Source: Candidatus Forterrea multitransposorum CG_2015-17_Forterrea_25_41
Lineage (GTDB): Archaea > Iainarchaeota > Iainarchaeia > Iainarchaeales > CSSED10-239
Direction of reading: 5' to 3'
Assembly: GCA_009392915.1 (NCBI GenBank)
Contig: CP045477.1
Coordinates: 320,001-384,000 of the forward strand
Length of the DNA: 64,000 bases
Made by a program: the position numbers and the translations under genes. A model generated the notes under the pieces. It saw only the letters and a program-made list of their open reading frames with translations, was not told the DNA's origin and searched no databases. Within the stretch, counting starts at the first letter, position 1. Each line of letters opens with the position of its first letter. Positions 59,127 through 64,000 of this stretch are shown here, one piece after another.

Positions 59127-59585
59127 TTATTTTAAATCATTATTTTTTAAAATTTTTTTCAAGATTTTATCTTTATTTTTTTGATCAATAGGATGTCCAA
59201 CTAATGTTGTAATATAACCAGGATATTTTTCAAAATATACCCCACCAGATAATTCTCCAAACTTTTTATCATTAATTTTATGCATTGGATAAAGTTTAGT
59301 ATGTATATGATCTACTCCTTGTCCTTCAAAAACCATTGCAACTCTTTTAACCTTAAGACCTTTTTCTAAAATCTTAGCAACTTTTTTTGAAACTAACAAT
59401 AGTCTAGTATATACTTCTTCTGGAAGATTAAAAACATAAGAAGAATAATGTTTTTTTGTTAAGACTAAAGTTTGACCTTCAGTATTAGGATTACCATCTA
59501 ATATTGCAATAAAATCTTTATCTTCATAAACAATAGAAGCTTGCAGTTTTTTATCTGCAATCTTACAAAAAACACATTCTTTCAT
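59127..59585 (-). CDS. HIT-family (Hint-like) protein with variant triad
   Basis: 'CVFCKI ... VYEDKDFIAILD ... GQTLVLTKKH' matches the Hint N-terminus. The triad reads 'DHIHTKLYP', so the third His is replaced by Lys. Confidence 0.55.
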   Translation of the reverse strand: MKECVFCKIADKKLQASIVYEDKDFIAILDGNPNTEGQTLVLTKKHYSSYVFNLPEEVYTRLLLVSKKVAKILEKGLKVKRVAMVFEGQGVDHIHTKLYPMHKINDKKFGELSGGVYFEKYPGYITTLVGHPIDQKNKDKILKKILKNNDLK

Positions 59586-59631
59586 AAATTAAAAAAATAG
59601 TAAGAGAGAAAAGTAAAATGCATCACTTTAT

Positions 59632-59763
59632 CTATGATGCAGCTCTTTTTCTTAAGTATCTTCTTTCTCTTCTTGTTTCTCTCATTTTTTTCTTTTTCCA
59701 TTTCCATCTTTGTCTGGATTTTGTTTTCTTAAATCTACTTGAATCTTTTTTTCTAGTACCCAT
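59632..59763 (-). CDS. 43-aa highly basic protein (possible ribosomal protein eL41-like)
   Basis: Not in the ORF track. MGTRKKDSSRFKKTKSRQRWKWKKKKMRETRRERRYLRKRAAS*. Upstream leader 'ATTAAAGGCGAAAATTCATGG' resembles the lysS and L40e leaders. Confidence 0.4.
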   Translation of the reverse strand: MGTRKKDSSRFKKTKSRQRWKWKKKKMRETRRERRYLRKRAAS

Positions 59764-59818
59764 GAATTTTCGCCTTTAATTTTAATATTAATTTTTTTTC
59801 CTTAACATATAAAGAAAA

Positions 59819-59892
59819 TGCTCTCGCCGGGATTCGAACCCGAGTCTCTGGCTTGAAAGGCCAGAATGATTACCGGACTACACCACAAGAGC
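59819..59892 (-). tRNA. tRNA-Glu (UUC)
   Basis: Acceptor GCUCUUG/CGAGAGC; anticodon stem CUGGC/GCCAG with loop CUUUCAA; T arm UCGGG-UUCGAAU-CCCGG; discriminator A. Confidence 0.8.
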
Positions 59893-60109
59893 ATAAAGTC
59901 TTTTAGATTGATTTATTTTATAAAACTACAATAAAATAAGAAATATTATTTTGTAGTTTATAATATAAATAAGTAACGATTTATTTATATACTGTTTGTT
60001 TTTTTACTTCAGAGAAAAAACTCTTGTTTTAAATACCTTTTGTATGTTAAATATATAACATAATATATTAATATTTATAACAATTTAAAAATTATTAAGG
60101 TGAAACAAA

Positions 60110-60262
60110 ATGGAAACAATTGCAAAAGAAAGAAGATTAAAAAACATATGGGTTTGTATGTCATGTAATAATACAATGAGAAGTCCAAAGAAAATGGAAT
60201 ATTGTAATAAATGTGGTGCCATAAAAATCAGAGCTAAAAAGAAAGGAAAGAATGTAAAGTAA
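60110..60262 (+). CDS. rpl40e: Ribosomal protein L40e
   Basis: Not in the ORF track. METIAKERRLKNIWVCMSCNNTMRSPKKMEYCNKCGAIKIRAKKKGKNVK* matches the L40e zinc-ribbon pattern (..ICMRCNARN....C.KCG...LR.K). Leader 'ATTAAGGTGAAACAAAATGG'. Confidence 0.75.
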   Translation: METIAKERRLKNIWVCMSCNNTMRSPKKMEYCNKCGAIKIRAKKKGKNVK

Positions 60263-60264
60263 TT

Positions 60265-61062
60265 TTATTTTCTTTTAATTGGTCTAAAAATTTTTTTAGA
60301 CTCTCTACTTTTTATAAAAACATTTTTTTTAGAATCAAGAAGTCTTTTCTTCTTGATCTCAAAATTTTTTTCTATTTTTTTCTTAATATCATTTTCAATT
60401 ATATTTTCTAAAGAAATATTTTCTAACTTCAAGCCACCTTTAAGACCAGCCTGTATATATTGTCTTAATTGTCTATAATATTGAGAATTATCTTTATTTG
60501 TTTTAAAAGGAAGTTCTAAAAGAATATTTATTTTATTTTTATCAGCATATTTTTTAAATAAAGAAACAACTTTAACTCTCCAATTTTCATTAAGTTCTTT
60601 ATTTAATTTATCTAAATAAATTCTATTTTTTTCTAATAATTCAAGTTTATTATTATTTTTATTACTACCAATATATCCTTGAATATTACTTATTCTTAAA
60701 GTTATTTTATTATTCTTATTAATAGTAAAATAAATACCAAAAGTTGAAATTACATTCTTATTATAAGAAATTTGATATTCAATAATTGATTCAGGATGTA
60801 AATTTTCAAAAGGATTTACACGACTAACTTTAAATTTGTCATTTTTACCTAATTGTAAATTTTTTAAATTATTTTTTTCTAAAAATTGTAAATTTAATTT
60901 AAATGAATTTAAAATTTCTTCTTTAGAATGATTAGTATGCATAAGATCTATTAAATCAGATAATAAATGAACTTCTTTTGCATTTAAAGAACGTCCAACA
61001 TTATTTACAACATACTTTTTAATATCTAATTCATGCATCATAATAAATCTCTTTAAAACCAT
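60265..61062 (-). CDS. Hypothetical protein
   Basis: 265 aa. Its start overlaps the fen1 stop by 10 nt on the same strand. Confidence 0.35.
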   Translation of the reverse strand: MVLKRFIMMHELDIKKYVVNNVGRSLNAKEVHLLSDLIDLMHTNHSKEEILNSFKLNLQFLEKNNLKNLQLGKNDKFKVSRVNPFENLHPESIIEYQISYNKNVISTFGIYFTINKNNKITLRISNIQGYIGSNKNNNKLELLEKNRIYLDKLNKELNENWRVKVVSLFKKYADKNKINILLELPFKTNKDNSQYYRQLRQYIQAGLKGGLKLENISLENIIENDIKKKIEKNFEIKKKRLLDSKKNVFIKSRESKKIFRPIKRK

Positions 61063-62096
61063 TTATCAATAGTTTTTTGTTTATTTGAATTAGTTCTAGC
61101 TGTAATAAATTTATCTAAACTATTTACAACTCTTTCTTGAGAAAAATTAAACCTATCTATTAATATATTTTCAATTTTATTACGATCAAACTCAGATTTA
61201 CTTATTTCTGGATTTTTTGAAATTAATGGATTTAAAAATATATTTTCAATTTCTTTATAATCAAAATTAACTACTTTATTTTTTTCTTTTAAAACTTTTT
61301 CAATACTTTCAAAACTATTATTTTCTAATACTAGTTTTAAAGCAGTTTTTGGGCCAATACCTTCAACTTTATCATTAAAATCAGTTCCAATAAGCATTGA
61401 AAGATAAATTAATTTTTCTCTTGAAATATTTAATTTTTCTAAAGTTTCTTTAAGATATATTATTTCAGGATTAATATCAACATAAACATTCTTTGAAGGA
61501 ATTTTTTTCTTTCTTGAAACAGTTAAATTTCTAACAAGATTTGGAGAACCAAATAATAAACAATCAAAATCTTGAGAAACAGTAAAATCTAATATATTTT
61601 CTTTTGTCATGTAAGAAATTTGAGCTTCAGCTTCAGAAGGAGCATTAATTATAGAGATACCCATTGCTTTTAATAGATCTTTTGATTCTTCTATTATCTT
61701 TTCATCAATTGAAGTTATTCTTTTTGAAAACTTATTCATATCTTCAAGATCTCCTCTTAAAACAGCATCTTTAAAATGTTCTTTAGCTATTTCTTTTCTA
61801 GATTTTCTTTCATCTTGTGTTTTTTGCTTTAAATCTATACTTTTTCCATCATATACAAAAAAAACATCAATGTCATTAGATAAAAGGTTAAGCATTCTAT
61901 AAAAAAGACCATTTAAATGGCTAGTAATATCACCATTTTCGTTCTTTAAAGGTTCTCCATCTACACCTCTAATTGTAGTTAAGAACTGATATAGAATATT
62001 ATAAGCATCAAAACCAAATTTTTTATGTTTATGTGTATGATTAAACTCAAATTTCTGTTTTGATTCTTCTATTAGTTTTCCAATTGCAACTCCCAT
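61053..62096 (-). CDS. fen: Flap endonuclease 1
   Basis: 'GEPLKNENGDITSHLNGLFYRMLNLL' XPG-N; XPG-I 'GISIINAPSEAEAQISYM'; H3TH region; 347 aa. Confidence 0.9.
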   Translation of the reverse strand: MGVAIGKLIEESKQKFEFNHTHKHKKFGFDAYNILYQFLTTIRGVDGEPLKNENGDITSHLNGLFYRMLNLLSNDIDVFFVYDGKSIDLKQKTQDERKSRKEIAKEHFKDAVLRGDLEDMNKFSKRITSIDEKIIEESKDLLKAMGISIINAPSEAEAQISYMTKENILDFTVSQDFDCLLFGSPNLVRNLTVSRKKKIPSKNVYVDINPEIIYLKETLEKLNISREKLIYLSMLIGTDFNDKVEGIGPKTALKLVLENNSFESIEKVLKEKNKVVNFDYKEIENIFLNPLISKNPEISKSEFDRNKIENILIDRFNFSQERVVNSLDKFITARTNSNKQKTIDKWF

Positions 62097-62188
62097 ACTA
62101 TATTATTAAATAGATAAAGTATATAAACCTTTATCTGCATATAATATTTATAATGATAAAGTTATTTTTATCATTCTTTAAAAAAAAA

Positions 62189-62260
62189 GCACTCGTAGTA
62201 TAGTGGTTAGTATGTGAGCCTTCCAAGCTTAGGACTCGGGTTCGAATCCCGACGAGTGCA
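62189..62260 (+). tRNA. tRNA-Gly (UCC)
   Basis: Acceptor GCACUCG/CGAGUGC; D loop AGUGGUUA; anticodon loop CUUCCAA; T arm UCGGG-UUCGAAU-CCCGA; discriminator A. Confidence 0.85.
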
Positions 62261-62288
62261 CTTAAGCTTTTCGCCAAGCTTGCAGGCG
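62261..62288 (+). repeat. 28-nt conserved tRNA 3'-trailer element (copy B, after tRNA-Gly)
   Basis: cttaagcttttcgccaagcttgcaggcg; the inverted-orientation partner of 56998-57025. Confidence 0.7.
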
Positions 62289-62446
62289 TTGTTGACAAGC
62301 AAAGATGCTTAGTTAACAAGTATTATTTTATAATAATTAATAAGCATAAATTTAATTCTTTTTCTTCAACAAATATTTTTTATATCTAAAACAACTATTT
62401 ATAAATATAATACTTTAGTAAATATTTATATAAAAGATGATTAAAT

Positions 62447-63052
62447 ATGGCTAAAAGAAATTATGCATCAGAATTAATTAAAAAAATTAATTCAGGAAAT
62501 AAAAAACCAAAAGAACCTACTTCTTATTTCTCAATGAATGATAAAAACAGAATTGAAGAAATAGAGTATAAAAAAAAGAAACTTCAAAAAGAAAGAGAAA
62601 AACTAATTTTAGAATCTAAAAAAATAGCAAGAGAAAATAAAGAAAATGAAGCAATTGATTTAACTAAAGAATTATCAAAATATAAAAATATATTTCATCT
62701 TACAGAAAAATCTTCAAAAGAAGAAATAAATAAAATTATTAGAGATGAATTAAAAAATATAATCAGTAATAAAAAGAAAAATAAAGAAGACATTGTAAAA
62801 CTTGAAATTGAAGAAAGTTTTCTTAAAACAATGAACCAAATTTATAATAAATCAAAAAATAGAGACGATATAAAAGTATATATTGATTTTGTAAAATATG
62901 TTGATCAAATCTCAAAAATACAATTTGGAAGAGATGCATATAAACAAAATCTTTTTAAAAATCAAGCTTTAAAAGAAATTAATTCAAAAATATCAAATTC
63001 TAATGACATACATCAAACTTTTAGAGAAATATTTCTAAGTCTTAGTAAATAA
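62447..63052 (+). CDS. Hypothetical K/E-rich protein
   Basis: 201 aa, predicted coiled-coil-like composition. Confidence 0.3.
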   Translation: MAKRNYASELIKKINSGNKKPKEPTSYFSMNDKNRIEEIEYKKKKLQKEREKLILESKKIARENKENEAIDLTKELSKYKNIFHLTEKSSKEEINKIIRDELKNIISNKKKNKEDIVKLEIEESFLKTMNQIYNKSKNRDDIKVYIDFVKYVDQISKIQFGRDAYKQNLFKNQALKEINSKISNSNDIHQTFREIFLSLSK

Positions 63053-63058
63053 AAAGAC

Positions 63059-63934
63059 TTAGAAAAAATAAGGTAAAATATTTAATATAAGTAAAATAAC
63101 TATAATAGTTCCAAAGAACTTAGAAACTTTACTCATTCTTTTCTTTTCAGTTTGTTTTCTTGAAAAATAACCTTCAAAAATAATTCTTGACATCATTCCA
63201 CCATCAAAAGGGAATGTTGGAAGAAAGTTAACTGTGGCAATCAAGAAATTTAATATTGCTGTCCATAAAATAAAGTCAACTGTATGTTTATACCAATTAT
63301 AGTTTGAAGGTATAGGATAATCTTCATCATAACCTACATTATAAGTAAAACCAAATCTACCCATTTCATTTGGTGTTAAATAAACTTCTCTTTCTATATT
63401 TGTATCTATGTTTTTAACTACAAATAAATTATTTGAATCAACATTTGTAATTGATTCACTTAAATCATAACGATTTTTTATTTCTTTACCATTAATAGAT
63501 AGAACAATATCATTTTTTTCTAAAACCCCGTATGCAGGGCTTTCAAATATAGTTCCACAAACAGAAATATTTTCATCAACTGAATTAATGAAAACATAAG
63601 ACTCTCTTTCAATTGCTATGTTTTTAGAATAATCTGCAAAACCTGGAGCTATTAAAAAATAAAGTAAAATAAAAAATATTGCAATAATAGCATTACTTGT
63701 AGGACCTGCTGCAAGCATTCTTATAACAGATTTATTTTTCTTTTTTTCAAGTTGTTTATCATCAGGTTCAACAAAAGCACCTAATGGTAAAATTCCAGCT
63801 AAAATAAAACCCATAGATTTTACTTTTGCTTTAAAAGTTCTAAGTAAAGCACCGTGTGCAAATTCGTGTATTATTGCTGAAAATATTAATATTATCCATC
63901 CATACCATGGTATTAATAAATCTACTTTTGGCAT
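63059..63934 (-). CDS. Site-2 protease (M50 family) with PDZ domain; may extend upstream of 63934
   Basis: 'HEFAHG' HExxH in the first TM region. Central PDZ-like segment. C-terminal TM with 'FDGG' (the LDG motif equivalent). The frame stays open from 63935 to the window end. Confidence 0.65.
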   Translation of the reverse strand: MPKVDLLIPWYGWIILIFSAIIHEFAHGALLRTFKAKVKSMGFILAGILPLGAFVEPDDKQLEKKKNKSVIRMLAAGPTSNAIIAIFFILLYFLIAPGFADYSKNIAIERESYVFINSVDENISVCGTIFESPAYGVLEKNDIVLSINGKEIKNRYDLSESITNVDSNNLFVVKNIDTNIEREVYLTPNEMGRFGFTYNVGYDEDYPIPSNYNWYKHTVDFILWTAILNFLIATVNFLPTFPFDGGMMSRIIFEGYFSRKQTEKKRMSKVSKFFGTIIVILLILNILPYFF

Positions 63935-64000
63935 TTTAACACCAGGTAGAACAAGACCAACTCCAGGACATGCATTTCCTGCATTTCCTGCAAATAACTT

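Noticed and set aside
62131-62319. 62-aa minus-strand ORF
   Set aside because: Overlaps tRNA-Gly(UCC) and its conserved trailer; GC-rich only because of the tRNA.
1-64000. CRISPR arrays, transposases, integrases
   Set aside because: I scanned for regularly spaced direct repeats and for DDE/tyrosine-recombinase-like ORFs and saw none. The only tandem repeat (56812-56925) has 2 copies and is coding. The inverted 28-nt tRNA trailers are not a spacer-containing array.

Overview
This is an AT-rich archaeal chromosomal window. The evidence for archaeal origin is an archaeal-type 16S rRNA on the minus strand containing GTGCCAGCCGCCGCGGTAATAC, an intron-containing tRNA-Tyr, ribosomal protein L40e, FEN-1, and pilins with class III (KGQ) signal peptides. 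Coding is dense on both strands and gene size is modest, consistent with a small-genome (DPANN-like) archaeon; that assignment is an inference.

Housekeeping genes include lysS, glmS, tdk, fen1, malic enzyme, a U32 peptidase, a DHH phosphoesterase, a SPOUT methyltransferase and several transporters.

The notable accessory content is:
- A type IV pilus locus (19.6-26.3 kb) with a FlaJ/TadC-like platform protein and 5-7 pilin genes. It is followed by a small membrane protein and a 1629-aa giant surface protein with a signal peptide and a C-terminal TM anchor. This is a candidate cell-cell or host attachment apparatus.
- An 808-aa cytoplasmic protein made of about 60 tandem 11-residue repeats.
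- A cluster of secreted or membrane proteins: an esterase, a Ca-binding DxDxDG-repeat protein and a 720-aa Cys-rich protein.
- A nitroreductase plus CofE-like gene pair that resembles a split FbiB.
- Redox genes: desulfoferrodoxin, glutaredoxin and a DsbA-like protein.

RNA genes:
- A 16S rRNA that is not linked to a 23S within the window.
- tRNA-Tyr(GUA) with intron, tRNA-Ala(UGC), tRNA-Glu(UUC) and tRNA-Gly(UCC).
- A candidate RNase P RNA.
- A 28-nt sequence that is essentially identical (27/28) immediately 3' of tRNA-Ala and tRNA-Gly. The two copies form inverted repeats flanking a 5.2-kb segment that carries the 16S.

Several small ORFs below the ORF-track cutoff look real: L40e, a 43-aa basic protein, a 51-aa duplicated Cys-rich peptide and a 52-aa Zn-ribbon protein.

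No CRISPR array, transposase or integrase was seen.
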